Source: Thermoplasmata archaeon UBA184
Lineage (GTDB): Archaea; Thermoplasmatota; Thermoplasmata; Lutacidiplasmatales; UBA184
Assembly: GCA_002495185.1 (NCBI GenBank)
Contig: DAEB01000027.1
Coordinates: 22,373 to 82,405, forward strand
Length of the DNA: 60,033 nt
Direction: 5' to 3'
Positions within the stretch are counted from its first letter, which is position 1. Each line of letters begins with the position of its first letter. Shown here piece by piece: positions 8,913 through 20,048 of the stretch. The translations under genes and the position numbers were made by a program. A model generated the notes under the pieces. That model had not been told where the DNA came from and made no database searches. It saw only the letters and a list, made by a program, of their open reading frames with translations.

Positions 8913-11288
8913 ATGAGGGCGTGGCGGGTCGCTTCCTGGCGTTCGTGCGCCCTGGCGGTGGGGGTCCTCGTCCTCCTCGTGGGCCCCGCGATCTTCCTAT
9001 CGGGAGGCGGACCCTCGTCTTATCCCACCGACCCACGAGGTGCGGAAGCTTCTCCTCCGGACATCGCGTCGACCCATGCCCTGCCGGTGTCGTACGCCGA
9101 GTCGTTCTCCGAGCGCGCGGGGTTCGATGGGCAGGCAGTGCGAGCACTCTCCTCCGCGACCCCCGCGGTCGGGAACGAGCTCGTGGTGGTCACGTTCTAT
9201 CCGTCCGACCCGTCGTTCTTCACTGCTCCGCCGGCCGGAACACCGGGGCTCACCGTCGAGAAGATTGCGGACCGGTACGGCCTCTCACCGGTCGCCTACT
9301 CCTCCGTGGAGAAGTACTTCGCATCCCAGGGGCTGACGGTCGCTCGGAGCTCCCCGGATCGCCTGTCGCTCACGGTGGAGGGACCCGCAGGGTTGGTCGG
9401 AGCCGCCTTTGGAACGGAGCTGGTCTCGGGAACCTTGGCCGGACGGCCGGTCACCCTTCCCCGGACCGCTCCGGCGTTGCCCTCGGCGATAGAACCCTGG
9501 GTCTCGTCGGTCGTCGGACTCTCGAGTGGGCTCGTCTCCTTCTCCCTGCCGACGGGGCTCCCCGATGCTCGTCTCCTGCCCGCCGGGACCGTCCCGCAAG
9601 CTGCCCCGGACCTCATCACTCCGGCGATCGCCCGGGAGATCTACGACCTTTCCTCGCTCTACAACGTCTCGGGAACCCCCCGGTACTCGGTCGGCGAAGG
9701 TGTCGCCGTCGTGTTGTGGGGGGACGGTTACGACCCGAACGACATCTCCACGTTCTTCTCGAGCGACTATCCGGCGAGCTTCCCGACGCCGAACGTTCGC
9801 GCGTTCCCGGTGGACGGGGCGCCCGCCCCCTCCGGCCGAGCGGTCTCCGACCCGAGCCAAGCCCCCCGGGAGCTGACGCTCGACCTCGAGTGGGCCGGCT
9901 CGGCGGCCCCCGGCGCGACCCTCGACGCGGTCTACGCCCCCGACGGACCCGCCAGCCAACAGTACTCCCCCATGGTCGGCGCGATGACGGACGCCCTCAG
10001 CACCGCCGTCGACCTCTCGGGAGTCTCGGTGATCTCGATGTCGTTCGGCACCCCCGAAGGGTCCAGCTCGTCGCTCCAGACCGCCTGGGCCACCGACATG
10101 GCGACCGCGACCCAGCGGGGGATTACGATGCTCGCGGCGACCGGCGACCTCGGCGGGGACGCCCAGTCGGGGTGTACCGGGGGACCGATGGTCGAGTTCC
10201 CCTCGACGTCCCCCGACGTGATCGCGGTCGGAGGGACACAACCGACGCTCGCGAGGGACCTCCTCGGGCAGGTGACGGGGCTCGCGAGCGAGTCGGCCTG
10301 GAGCGAGAGTGCCGGAGGGTACTCCTCTGACTTCCGCGCTCCGTCCTGGCAGGACGTCGGGAGCGCGGCAGGACCGATCGAATCGAACGGGGGATTCCGG
10401 GGCGTGCCGGACGTGTCCGCGACGGCGGACTACAACTCGCTCTTCTTCGCGGGTCAGAACGCGGTCGCGGCTGGCACCAGCTTCGCTACGCCTCTCTGGG
10501 CCGGTCTCATCGCGGAGATGGACGCCCACTATGGAAGCCCGCTCGGCTTCCTCACCCCGCGTCTCTACGCGGTGGGGGCAAGCCAAGAGTTGGGAAAGGA
10601 CCCGGTCGGACTCGGAGACGTTTCGAGCGGCTCGACCTGCATCGGTTCGGCGGTCACGGGCTGGGACCCGGAGACTGGTTGGGGTTCACCGCGCGCGTTG
10701 CTCCTGTACGAGGACCTGACCGCGACCTTCGTCGACCTGAGCGTCTCAGCGACGCCGACCACCGTCGCGCCCGGGGGCTCGGTAACGGTCATCGTTCGGC
10801 TGACCAACCGGACGAGCGGTGCCGCCATCTCCGGTATTCCGGTCAATGTCGGCGTTGCCGCGAGCGACGGGAACGGACCGTGCGCCAACACGTGGGGTTC
10901 GGCGACCCTCGACAGCAACGCGAGTGGCGACGTGTCGTTCTCGGTCGGGGTCCCCGCCTGCTACCTCGGGAGCCACGGCACCGCTACCGCCTCCGTGACG
11001 AGCGGTGGGTACTTCGGCACGAACTCGACCACCGTCGCCGTGAATCTGCTCGGATTTGCCCCCGCCCTGGCCGGGATCGACCAGTACCCGTGGAACGTGG
11101 CGGCCTTCGCCGTGATCATGGTGATCGCTGGTGGGATCGGATACGTCCTCGGCCGACGGTCTCCGAGTTCCGTCGGCTCCTACCGGCCCCCCGCCCGGCG
11201 ACCTCTGGCCGCGGCGAGAGCCGGTGCTCCCGGGACCACCGCGGTTTCTCCTCCCCCGGCAACCCCTCCGGGGCCGCCCCCGGGGTGA
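8913..11288 (+). CDS. Sedolisin/kumamolisin-like S53 serine peptidase with pro-domain, Ig-like domain and C-terminal membrane anchor
   Basis: Start at MRAWRVASWRSCALAVGVLVLL (signal or anchor). S53 motifs seen: ELTLDLEW, ISMSFG, ATGDLGGD, VIAVGGT, RGVPDVSATAD and GTSFATPLWAGLIAEM. C-terminal TM VAAFAVIMVIAGGIGYVLG plus a Pro-rich tail. Confidence 0.85.
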   Translation: MRAWRVASWRSCALAVGVLVLLVGPAIFLSGGGPSSYPTDPRGAEASPPDIASTHALPVSYAESFSERAGFDGQAVRALSSATPAVGNELVVVTFYPSDPSFFTAPPAGTPGLTVEKIADRYGLSPVAYSSVEKYFASQGLTVARSSPDRLSLTVEGPAGLVGAAFGTELVSGTLAGRPVTLPRTAPALPSAIEPWVSSVVGLSSGLVSFSLPTGLPDARLLPAGTVPQAAPDLITPAIAREIYDLSSLYNVSGTPRYSVGEGVAVVLWGDGYDPNDISTFFSSDYPASFPTPNVRAFPVDGAPAPSGRAVSDPSQAPRELTLDLEWAGSAAPGATLDAVYAPDGPASQQYSPMVGAMTDALSTAVDLSGVSVISMSFGTPEGSSSSLQTAWATDMATATQRGITMLAATGDLGGDAQSGCTGGPMVEFPSTSPDVIAVGGTQPTLARDLLGQVTGLASESAWSESAGGYSSDFRAPSWQDVGSAAGPIESNGGFRGVPDVSATADYNSLFFAGQNAVAAGTSFATPLWAGLIAEMDAHYGSPLGFLTPRLYAVGASQELGKDPVGLGDVSSGSTCIGSAVTGWDPETGWGSPRALLLYEDLTATFVDLSVSATPTTVAPGGSVTVIVRLTNRTSGAAISGIPVNVGVAASDGNGPCANTWGSATLDSNASGDVSFSVGVPACYLGSHGTATASVTSGGYFGTNSTTVAVNLLGFAPALAGIDQYPWNVAAFAVIMVIAGGIGYVLGRRSPSSVGSYRPPARRPLAAARAGAPGTTAVSPPPATPPGPPPG

Positions 11289-11376
11289 GAGGGACTCTTC
11301 CCGAACGGAGTTCCTTCCGACCCCTCGGCGAGGGCCGTCCCCAAAAGACTTAATCCGGCCCCTCACTCGCCTTCGC

Positions 11377-12906
11377 GTGCCCGAGGCATCCGGGGATGCC
11401 CCGGTCGGGGCGGCCCCGGTCGCTCTCTCGGGGCCTGAACGTTCGCTCCTTCAGGCTCTTCGGGAGCTCGAGACTCCTTCGATCGACGAGGAGTCGCTCG
11501 GCCGGAAAGTGGAGCTCCCCGCGGACCAGGTACGCGGCAGCCTGCAGCGACTCCGGTCGAAGCACCTCGCGCTCCTCGAGGAGGAGCATCGGACGACCGT
11601 CCGCCTCACACCGAAAGGCGAGAGCGCCGTGGCGAAAGGGCTTCCCGAGAGGCGGTTCCTGGCGGCACTCGAGCGACGTGGCGGGACCCTCTCTCCGGAC
11701 GAGGCGGCGGAAGCGGGGCTCGACGAGGAGGAGCGGTCTGCGGCGATCGGCGTCCTGAGGCGGCGCGGGTGGCTTGCGGAGGGGGTTCCGTTTCGACTCA
11801 AGCCCGGAGCTTCGACCCCCGAGGGACCCCTCCCCGAGGAGACCGTCCTAAGACAGGTCGGGCTCGGAGAGACCGACGTCGACCCAGCAATCGTGGATGC
11901 CCTCGAACGGCGGGGACTCGTGCGCCGCGAGCATCGGTCGACCAAGCGCTGGTCCGCCTCCGAGGAGGGTCGCCGGCTTCCCTTGGTCTCGGAGGGCGAG
12001 GAGCTCCTGGGCTCCCTGACCCCCGAACTGCTCCGCACCGGCGACTGGCGGGGACGATCCTTCCGGCCGTACGACGTCCGTGCGGCCGTGCCGTACGCAA
12101 CCGGCGCTCGCCCGAATGCGTACGTCGCGTGGCTCGAGGAGTTCGAGGAGATTCTGGTGGGGCTCGGCTTCGAGCAAGCCGAGGGGCCGCTCCTCGAGAC
12201 CGAGTTCTGGAACAACGACGTCCTCTTCATGCCCCAGGATCACCCGGCGCGTTCCATCCACGACGCGCTCTCGGTCGAGGGGACCGAGGGGCAGCCCCCG
12301 GCGGCCGACCTCCTCGCCCGGGTGGCCGCCGTCCACGAGGGGCGCGCGCTCCCGGGGGCGACCTCGGCCCTCGGACCCGGGTGGCCCGGACCGTACGACG
12401 TGCGCGTGGCCGAGCGTCCCGTCCTTCGCTCCCAGACGACGGCGGTCTCCGCGCGGTATCTCGCGGCTCGCCCGACGCCGCCGTTCCGGATGTTCTCGAT
12501 CGACCGGAACTTCCGACGGGAGGCGCTCGATGCTCGTCATCACATCGAGTTCCATCAATGCGAAGGGATCATCGGAGAGGAGGGGCTCGACCTCCGGCAC
12601 CTCGTCGGGGTCTTCACGACCCTCGCGGACGCGATCGGTCTCCACGAGCTCAAGATTCGGCCCAGTTACTTCCCGTTCACCGAGCCCTCGGTGGAGGGGT
12701 ACGTCCGTCATCCCCGCCTCGGGTGGATGGAGGTCTTTCCGGGGGGAATCCTGCGCCCAGAGGTGCTCGGTCCGCTCGGGGTAGACGTTCCGGTGCTGGC
12801 CTGGGGGATCGGCGTCATGCGGCTCGCGATGGTGGCGCTTGGTCGCAACGACATCCGGGACCTGTTCCAGGACGACCTCGGCGTGCTCACGGGAGGGACT
12901 CCGTAG
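11377..12906 (+). CDS. pheS: Phenylalanine--tRNA ligase alpha subunit
   Basis: Class II core motifs (FWNNDVLFMPQDHPARS, FRMFSIDRNFRRE, GWMEVFPGGILRPEV, LAWGIGVMRLAM). GTG start at 11377 is chosen because the upstream part of the ORF overlaps the S53 gene. A TATA-like GACTTAAT sits at 11347-11354. Confidence 0.85.
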   Translation: MPEASGDAPVGAAPVALSGPERSLLQALRELETPSIDEESLGRKVELPADQVRGSLQRLRSKHLALLEEEHRTTVRLTPKGESAVAKGLPERRFLAALERRGGTLSPDEAAEAGLDEEERSAAIGVLRRRGWLAEGVPFRLKPGASTPEGPLPEETVLRQVGLGETDVDPAIVDALERRGLVRREHRSTKRWSASEEGRRLPLVSEGEELLGSLTPELLRTGDWRGRSFRPYDVRAAVPYATGARPNAYVAWLEEFEEILVGLGFEQAEGPLLETEFWNNDVLFMPQDHPARSIHDALSVEGTEGQPPAADLLARVAAVHEGRALPGATSALGPGWPGPYDVRVAERPVLRSQTTAVSARYLAARPTPPFRMFSIDRNFRREALDARHHIEFHQCEGIIGEEGLDLRHLVGVFTTLADAIGLHELKIRPSYFPFTEPSVEGYVRHPRLGWMEVFPGGILRPEVLGPLGVDVPVLAWGIGVMRLAMVALGRNDIRDLFQDDLGVLTGGTP

Positions 12907-12908
12907 AC

Positions 12909-14603
12909 ATGCCCCGTTCGACCTTGGATGCGGACCGGCTCTGCGCGATCGCCGGGCGGACGCTCGCGGGCGCGGCGCTCGATGACCTCCTGTTCGGCTC
13001 GAAGGCCGAAGTGGAGGCTCACGACGCAAGCGCACTCACCGTCTCGGTTACTCCCGACCGCCTCGACCTCCTCTCGGAAGGGGGTCTCGGGTTGTACTTG
13101 CAGGGAGTCCTCGGGACGGCCCGCGGTCTCCCCGACTACCGAGCGAAGCTCGAGGATACTCTCGCCGCCGGCTTCACGGTGGACCGGTCCGTGGACGCGC
13201 TTCGGCCGTCGATCGGGGGAGCGGTGGTCCGGGCCCCCGCCGGCCGGGAGCTGGACGCGGGGTTGCTCGCCGAAGCCGTACGGTTCCAGGAGATCCTCCA
13301 TGCGTCGATCGGACGCAATCGTCGCGCGGCGAGTCTCGGGATCTACCCGATCGACCGGCTCGAGTTCCCGGTGCGGTACGCGCTCGAAGCGATGTCGGTG
13401 GTCCAGTTCGTTCCGCTCGATGCCTCCGACGAGGTCGGAGCTCCCGAGTTCTTCCGGGACCATCCCATGGCCCACGTGTACGGGCCAATGGGACGGGCGG
13501 GGGATTCGTGTCTCACGCTGCGGGACGCCACCGGCGTCATCCTGAGCCTTCCTCCGGTCCTCAACGGACGGACCGCGGGCGAGGCGAGAGTCGGGGACCG
13601 GGAGCTCCTGATCGAAGCGACCGGCACTCGCGAGCGTTCGGTCGCCGAGGCGGTCGGGCTGATGCTCGTCCCGTTCGTCGCGCAGGGTTGGGAGGTCGGC
13701 CCGATTCCGGTCGAACGCGTGGGACGAGAGCGCTCGGACGGAGCGGCGATCGTCGACCCGCACTCGGTGGACCTGCCGAGCCGACTGCTGCGAACGCTGG
13801 GAGGCGAAGGGTTCTCGGCGTCCGTGGTCGAACGACGACTGGCCGAGGCTCGCCTCGCGGGGCATCCCCAGCCTCACGGATGGCTCGTGGACGCGCCCCC
13901 CTGGCGGCCGGACCTCACGACTCCCGTGGACGTGGGAGAGGACGTGCTTCTGGCGGAGGGAGTGCGCCCCGAAGAGGGGATTCTCCCGTCGAGCCGGACC
14001 CGAGGCCGGCTGCGCCCCGAGACGCTCTTCCGGCGAAGGTTCGCCTCCTCCCTCCTCGGGCTCGGCCTCGCCGCGCCTCACACGACGCTCCTGGTTTCCG
14101 AGAGCGCAGTCGCCCGGCTCGGCGGCGAGCTTCCCCTCCACATCCGTAATCCGGTCTCCGCGGAGTTCGCCTACGTCCGCGACCGCCTCCTCGTCTCCCA
14201 CCTCGAGGTCCTCGCGCGGAACACGCGGCATGGCTACCCCCAGCGATTGGGAGAGGTCGCCCCGGTCGTTGTTCGCGCGCCCGGGACGGAGACCGGCGCG
14301 CGCACGCGCTACCACGCGGGTCTCGTGCTGGCTCACGAGGGCGCCGGGTTCGCCGATGCCGCCTCTCTGGTCGACTATCTGCTTCGAACGGTCGACGTGA
14401 CCGCGGTCCGGGAGCCGGCCGAGATCCCCGGCACGATCGCCGGACGCGCCGCTCGAGCTCGCGTCGCCGGTGAGCCGGTCGCGGAGATGGGAGAGGTCGC
14501 GCCCGACATCCTCGCGCCGCTCGGGGTCCCGGTGCCGGTCGGGTGGGCCGAGGTCGACCTCTCCGCGCTCTGGCCGCTGGTTCGCCCGCGCACAACCCAT
14601 TAA
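12909..14603 (+). CDS. pheT: Phenylalanine--tRNA ligase beta subunit (archaeal type)
   Basis: ATG lies 2 nt after the pheS stop. 564 aa, which fits the archaeal PheT size, with a B3/4-like region. It sits directly after pheS. The long upstream part of the 944-aa ORF is a shadow of pheS. Confidence 0.85.
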   Translation: MPRSTLDADRLCAIAGRTLAGAALDDLLFGSKAEVEAHDASALTVSVTPDRLDLLSEGGLGLYLQGVLGTARGLPDYRAKLEDTLAAGFTVDRSVDALRPSIGGAVVRAPAGRELDAGLLAEAVRFQEILHASIGRNRRAASLGIYPIDRLEFPVRYALEAMSVVQFVPLDASDEVGAPEFFRDHPMAHVYGPMGRAGDSCLTLRDATGVILSLPPVLNGRTAGEARVGDRELLIEATGTRERSVAEAVGLMLVPFVAQGWEVGPIPVERVGRERSDGAAIVDPHSVDLPSRLLRTLGGEGFSASVVERRLAEARLAGHPQPHGWLVDAPPWRPDLTTPVDVGEDVLLAEGVRPEEGILPSSRTRGRLRPETLFRRRFASSLLGLGLAAPHTTLLVSESAVARLGGELPLHIRNPVSAEFAYVRDRLLVSHLEVLARNTRHGYPQRLGEVAPVVVRAPGTETGARTRYHAGLVLAHEGAGFADAASLVDYLLRTVDVTAVREPAEIPGTIAGRAARARVAGEPVAEMGEVAPDILAPLGVPVPVGWAEVDLSALWPLVRPRTTH

Positions 14604-14626
14604 TAGCGTCCCCCGGTCCATCGGCG

Positions 14627-16306
<1,680 letters not shown>

Positions 16307-16322
16307 CGGAGGGGGTCGAAGG

Positions 16323-16721
16323 ATGAAGGTCGACCACGTCGGAATCGTGGTGGCGAGCCTCCACGACGCCCTCCCCCTCTGGACGCGGCTCCTCGGAGAG
16401 CCCTCAGCCCCCGCCGAAGAGGTTCCCGGCGGCGGAGTCCGGGTCGCGTTCCTCGGTTCCGGTGAGACGCACGTCGAGCTGGTCGAGCCGACGGGACCCG
16501 ATTCGCCGGTGTCGAAGTTCCTTGCGACCCGCGGCGGCGGGATCCATCACATCGCGTTCGGGGTGCCCGACGTCGACCGGGCGCTCCGGGACGTCGAGGC
16601 AAGAGGTGGGCGGCTCATCGACCGACGGGGTCGCCCCGGCGCTCGGGGACGGCGAGTCGGGTTCGCGCATCCGTTGGCCTTTGGGGGGGTTCTTGTGGAG
16701 TTCGTGGAGGAGCCGCGATGA
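16323..16721 (+). CDS. mce: Methylmalonyl-CoA epimerase (VOC family)
   Basis: 132 aa. MKVDHVGIVVASL...HVELVEP...FLATRGGGIHHIAFGVPDV...GVLVEFVE. It follows the mutase gene directly. Confidence 0.85.
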   Translation: MKVDHVGIVVASLHDALPLWTRLLGEPSAPAEEVPGGGVRVAFLGSGETHVELVEPTGPDSPVSKFLATRGGGIHHIAFGVPDVDRALRDVEARGGRLIDRRGRPGARGRRVGFAHPLAFGGVLVEFVEEPR

Positions 16722-17932
16722 GCCGGATCACCGACGTCGACCTATTCGGAGTGTACGATAGCCGAGCTCGACGCACGGTCGAGGCGACGGTCGTGCTCGC
16801 GTCCGGAGCGTCCGGCCGGGCGGGCGCGCCGAGCGGGGCGAGCACGGGCGTGCATGAGGTCGTCGCGTTCCCGAAGGGCGGCGTCCCCGAGGCCCTCGAG
16901 GTCTTCCGAGAGAAGGTGGCGCCGCGCCTCCTCGGACTCGAAGCATCGGACCAGGCCGCGGTGGACATGGCGCTCCACGACGCGGACGGGACGCTCGACT
17001 TCTCGACGATCGGCGGAAACACCGCGACGGCCGTCTCGGTCGCCTCGGCGATCGCGACGGCCGACGAAGCCGGAACCCCGCTCTGGCGCGTCCTTGCCCG
17101 GCCCGATGTCGACGGACGATCGTTTCCGGCGGTCGCCGGCAACTGCCTCAACGGGGGCCGACATGCGATTGGGGGACCGGACATCCAGGAGTTCCTTGCC
17201 TTCGCCGATTGCCCGCGTCCCGAGGACTCGATCCGGGCGGCGGTGCGTGTCCACGGGCTCGTTGGCGAGGCGCTCCATCGCCGCTTTCCGAAGGCGGCCC
17301 TCGGGCGAGGCGACGAGGGAGGATGGGTCGCCGCCATCTCGAACGTGGACGCGCTCGAGCTCCTCTCCGAGGCGTGTGCGGCGGCGCGCGACGAGCTCCA
17401 CCTCGAAGTCCACCCGGGGCTCGACCTCGCCGCGAGCGAGTTCTTCGACGAAGGGCAGTACCGGTACCGGGAGCAAACGCTCGACAGCGAGGGGCAGATC
17501 GGGTTCGTATCGAAGCTCGTGGACCGCTTTGACCTTCGGTACGTCGAGGACCCGTTCGAGGAGGAGGCGTTCGACGCGTTCGCGGCGCTGACGAAGGCGG
17601 TCGGACGCCGGACGCTCGTGGTGGGCGACGACCTCTACGTGACGAACGAACAGCGGCTCGCCCTCGGGGTCGAGCGGCACGCCACCAACGCGGTCCTCGT
17701 CAAGGTGAACCAGGTCGGGACGCTCACCGACACGTTCCGAACGGTCGACCTCGCCCGCGGCCACGGACTCTCGACCATCACCTCGCACCGGTCCGGGGAG
17801 GTCCCGGAAGGATGGCTCGCCCATGTGGCTCTCGGGACGGGCGCGCGGGGCCTCAAGTGCGGGATTCTGGGCGGAGAACGGATGGCAAAGCTAAATGAAC
17901 TCCTGCGGCTCGGCCGCGCCACCGGAATCTGA
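16718..17932 (+). CDS. eno: Enolase (phosphopyruvate hydratase)
   Basis: 404 aa. [33 protein letters not shown] and SHRSGE motifs. ATGA overlap with mce. Confidence 0.9.
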   Translation: MSRITDVDLFGVYDSRARRTVEATVVLASGASGRAGAPSGASTGVHEVVAFPKGGVPEALEVFREKVAPRLLGLEASDQAAVDMALHDADGTLDFSTIGGNTATAVSVASAIATADEAGTPLWRVLARPDVDGRSFPAVAGNCLNGGRHAIGGPDIQEFLAFADCPRPEDSIRAAVRVHGLVGEALHRRFPKAALGRGDEGGWVAAISNVDALELLSEACAAARDELHLEVHPGLDLAASEFFDEGQYRYREQTLDSEGQIGFVSKLVDRFDLRYVEDPFEEEAFDAFAALTKAVGRRTLVVGDDLYVTNEQRLALGVERHATNAVLVKVNQVGTLTDTFRTVDLARGHGLSTITSHRSGEVPEGWLAHVALGTGARGLKCGILGGERMAKLNELLRLGRATGI

Positions 17933-17936
17933 CGGG

Positions 17937-18593
17937 ATGCCCGACGAGGAAACGGCGACCGAACAACCGCTGTCGGCGAGCGACGGCCAGGACATCCAGC
18001 CCGGCGAGCTCCTGATCCCCGAGGATACCTACCTCACATCGGGCGTCCACATCGGGACGCAGCAGAAGTCGGCGTCGATGCGCCGGTTCGTCTTCAAGGT
18101 CCGATTCGACGGCCTGCACGTCCTCGACGTCCGCGAGACCGACCGGCGGATCCGGATCGCGGCCAAGTTCCTCGCTCGCTTCTCTGCCGACCGGATCCTC
18201 GTCGTGTCGCAGCGCCAGTACGGCCAGAAGCCGGTGCGGGTGTTCGCGAAGACGATCGGGGCCGTCTCGTTCGCCGAACGGTTCGTCCCCGGCTGCCTCA
18301 CGAACCCGAACCTCGAGGAGTACTTCGAGCCGAAGGTGCTCGTCGTCACCGACCCGGCGACCGACCAGCAGGCGCTCAGCGAGGCGGTCTCGATCGGGAT
18401 CCCGGTCGTGGGCCTGTGCGACGTGAACAACGAGACCCGCAATGTCGACCTCGTCATCCCCGCGAACAACAAGGGCCGAGTGGCGCTCGCCACCGTCTAC
18501 TGGCTGCTCGCCCGCGAGGTGCTGAAGGCCCGCGCCGGCGGCGCGGAGGTCGACTACCCGCTCACGATCGAGGACTTCCAGGCGGCCCTCTAA
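17937..18593 (+). CDS. rps2: 30S ribosomal protein uS2
   Basis: [52 protein letters not shown] and [11 protein letters not shown]. The start is the first ATG after the eno stop. Confidence 0.9.
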   Translation: MPDEETATEQPLSASDGQDIQPGELLIPEDTYLTSGVHIGTQQKSASMRRFVFKVRFDGLHVLDVRETDRRIRIAAKFLARFSADRILVVSQRQYGQKPVRVFAKTIGAVSFAERFVPGCLTNPNLEEYFEPKVLVVTDPATDQQALSEAVSIGIPVVGLCDVNNETRNVDLVIPANNKGRVALATVYWLLAREVLKARAGGAEVDYPLTIEDFQAAL

Positions 18594-18624
18594 AAACGTC
18601 TTCGACCCCTCGATTTTCCCCCGC

Positions 18625-19941
18625 GTGTCACCTCGACCTTTTATCGGCCCCCCGTCTTCATTCGACGTGACCGCGCCGAAGCCGGGGCTCCTCGAGCTCC
18701 TCTCCGAGCACGGGGTCCCGGAGAAGGGGGCGCGGCTCTACCTCGCCGCGTGCCGGGGCGGGGCGATGACCGCGAGCGAGCTCGCCCGCGTCTCGGCGGT
18801 GAACCGCGTCGAGGCCTACCGTCTGATCAAGCAGCTGAGCGCCGACGGCCTCCTCCGGGCCACCGGGAGCCGTCCGCAGCGGTTCGAAGCGCTCACGCCC
18901 GACGACCTCGTCGACGGCTGGATCCACCGGGCGGGGGAGCGGCTGCATCGGCTCGAGCAGGACCGGGACCGGATCCTCGCGGAGTGGGAGGAGTCGAGGA
19001 CCGAACTCGAAGCCCACGACCCTCGCAAGTTCGCGGTCCTCGAGGGGACGGAAGCGATCCGCCGGTTCCTCCTGAAGCGAATCGGGGCCGCCGAGCGGGA
19101 GATCCTCGTCAGCGCGAGCGAGCGGACCCTGTCTCGGTTCATCGACCTCGGCCTCGACCGGGCGTTCCGCGAGGCGAGCGCGCGCGGCGTCAAGGTCCGG
19201 GTCGTCACCGAGGTCCACGGCCAGAACCTGGTCGAGGCGAAGCACTTCGCCGGGTTCGCGGAACTCCGGCACTCGAGCAATCCGGTCGCGAACCGAGCGG
19301 TCGTGGTCGACCGCCTCGGCTCCCTCGTCTACGTGTCCAGCGAGGACGGCCTCGGCCGGTCCGGGGAGGAGCAGGTGGCTCTCTGGTCGTCCGCGCCGAT
19401 GTTCCTTCGGCTCGCGCGGGAGTATCATCGTCGACTCTGGACGCCGGCGACGCGCGCCGAGGCCCGGTTCGTCGAGCTCGAGACGCCGTCCGAGGCGGTG
19501 TTGCCGGTGGTCGCCGGAAAGGAGACCGTCCCGTTCCAACGTCTCAAGGACGTCGCCAAGCTGGGCATGCGGGCGTCCGGGGTCCGCGAGTTCCAGCTCC
19601 ATCTGCCCGAGCTGATCGAGACGATCGCCCGTCAGCTGGGTCGTGAGATCGCCGAGCAGATCGACGGGCGGACCCCGGACGAGGTCGCCCGGGCTCTCGG
19701 CCTCTACTACGAGACCCACACGATGGGCCGCCTCTCGACCGTACGGGAGAAGCCTCTCACGCTGCGGGTGACCGGCTGCTTCGCCTGCACGAGCGATTCT
19801 CCCGAGATCGGACGGGTGATGTGCCCCGAACTCCTGCGGACCATCCTCGAGACCCGACTGGGCCACCGGTGGGAGGTCTCGAAACCGGACCCGACGAAGC
19901 ACGCCACCCGGGGCTGCCTGTTCACCGCGACGCCCGCCTGA
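18625..19941 (+). CDS. TrmB-family transcriptional regulator with an extra C-terminal V4R-like Cys-containing domain
   Basis: N-terminal wHTH LLELLSEHGVPEKGARLYLAACRGGAMTASELARVSAVNRVEAYRLIKQL. TrmB_C-like middle region. C-terminal approx 150 aa ends RVTGCFACTS...VMCPELL...RGCLFTA. Alternative in-frame GTG at 18667 has TTTTAT at 18639-18644 upstream. Confidence 0.75.
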   Translation: MSPRPFIGPPSSFDVTAPKPGLLELLSEHGVPEKGARLYLAACRGGAMTASELARVSAVNRVEAYRLIKQLSADGLLRATGSRPQRFEALTPDDLVDGWIHRAGERLHRLEQDRDRILAEWEESRTELEAHDPRKFAVLEGTEAIRRFLLKRIGAAEREILVSASERTLSRFIDLGLDRAFREASARGVKVRVVTEVHGQNLVEAKHFAGFAELRHSSNPVANRAVVVDRLGSLVYVSSEDGLGRSGEEQVALWSSAPMFLRLAREYHRRLWTPATRAEARFVELETPSEAVLPVVAGKETVPFQRLKDVAKLGMRASGVREFQLHLPELIETIARQLGREIAEQIDGRTPDEVARALGLYYETHTMGRLSTVREKPLTLRVTGCFACTSDSPEIGRVMCPELLRTILETRLGHRWEVSKPDPTKHATRGCLFTATPA

Positions 19942-19946
19942 ACCCG

Positions 19947-19983
19947 CATGCTACACCAGCGCATGGTGTAGCATGTGTAGCAT
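19947..19983. promoter_or_regulatory. Perfect 12-bp inverted repeat (CATGCTACACCA-5nt-TGGTGTAGCATG) overlapping two tandem GTGTAGCAT 9-mers; candidate operator and/or terminator hairpin
   Basis: Read directly. Arms are 19947-19958 and 19964-19975 with spacer GCGCA. The 9-mers are at 19966-19974 and 19975-19983. The element lies 6 nt after the TrmB-like stop and about 27 nt upstream of the tfb TATA box. Confidence 0.5.
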
Positions 19984-20010
19984 ACAAAGGATACACAAAT
20001 CGCACCAATC

Positions 20011-20018
20011 TATAAATA
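20011..20018 (+). promoter_or_regulatory. TATA box of tfb
   Basis: TATAAATA sits in an AT-rich island, about 31 nt upstream of the tfb ATG at 20049. Confidence 0.5.
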
Positions 20019-20048
20019 CTGGCCCCCGTTCTCGGAAGGCTACAAGCT

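Noticed and set aside
11769-12908. Apparent 380-codon N-terminal extension of pheT. The same situation applies to purP (21519-22472), prs (38642-38986), cmk (57935-58363), Trm112 (41004-41396), the A24 peptidase (42494-42898) and the S53 peptidase (8730-8912).
   Set aside because: The extensions overlap the preceding well-supported gene or are Arg/Pro-rich. Family-typical N-termini begin at internal ATG or GTG codons that abut or overlap the upstream stop.
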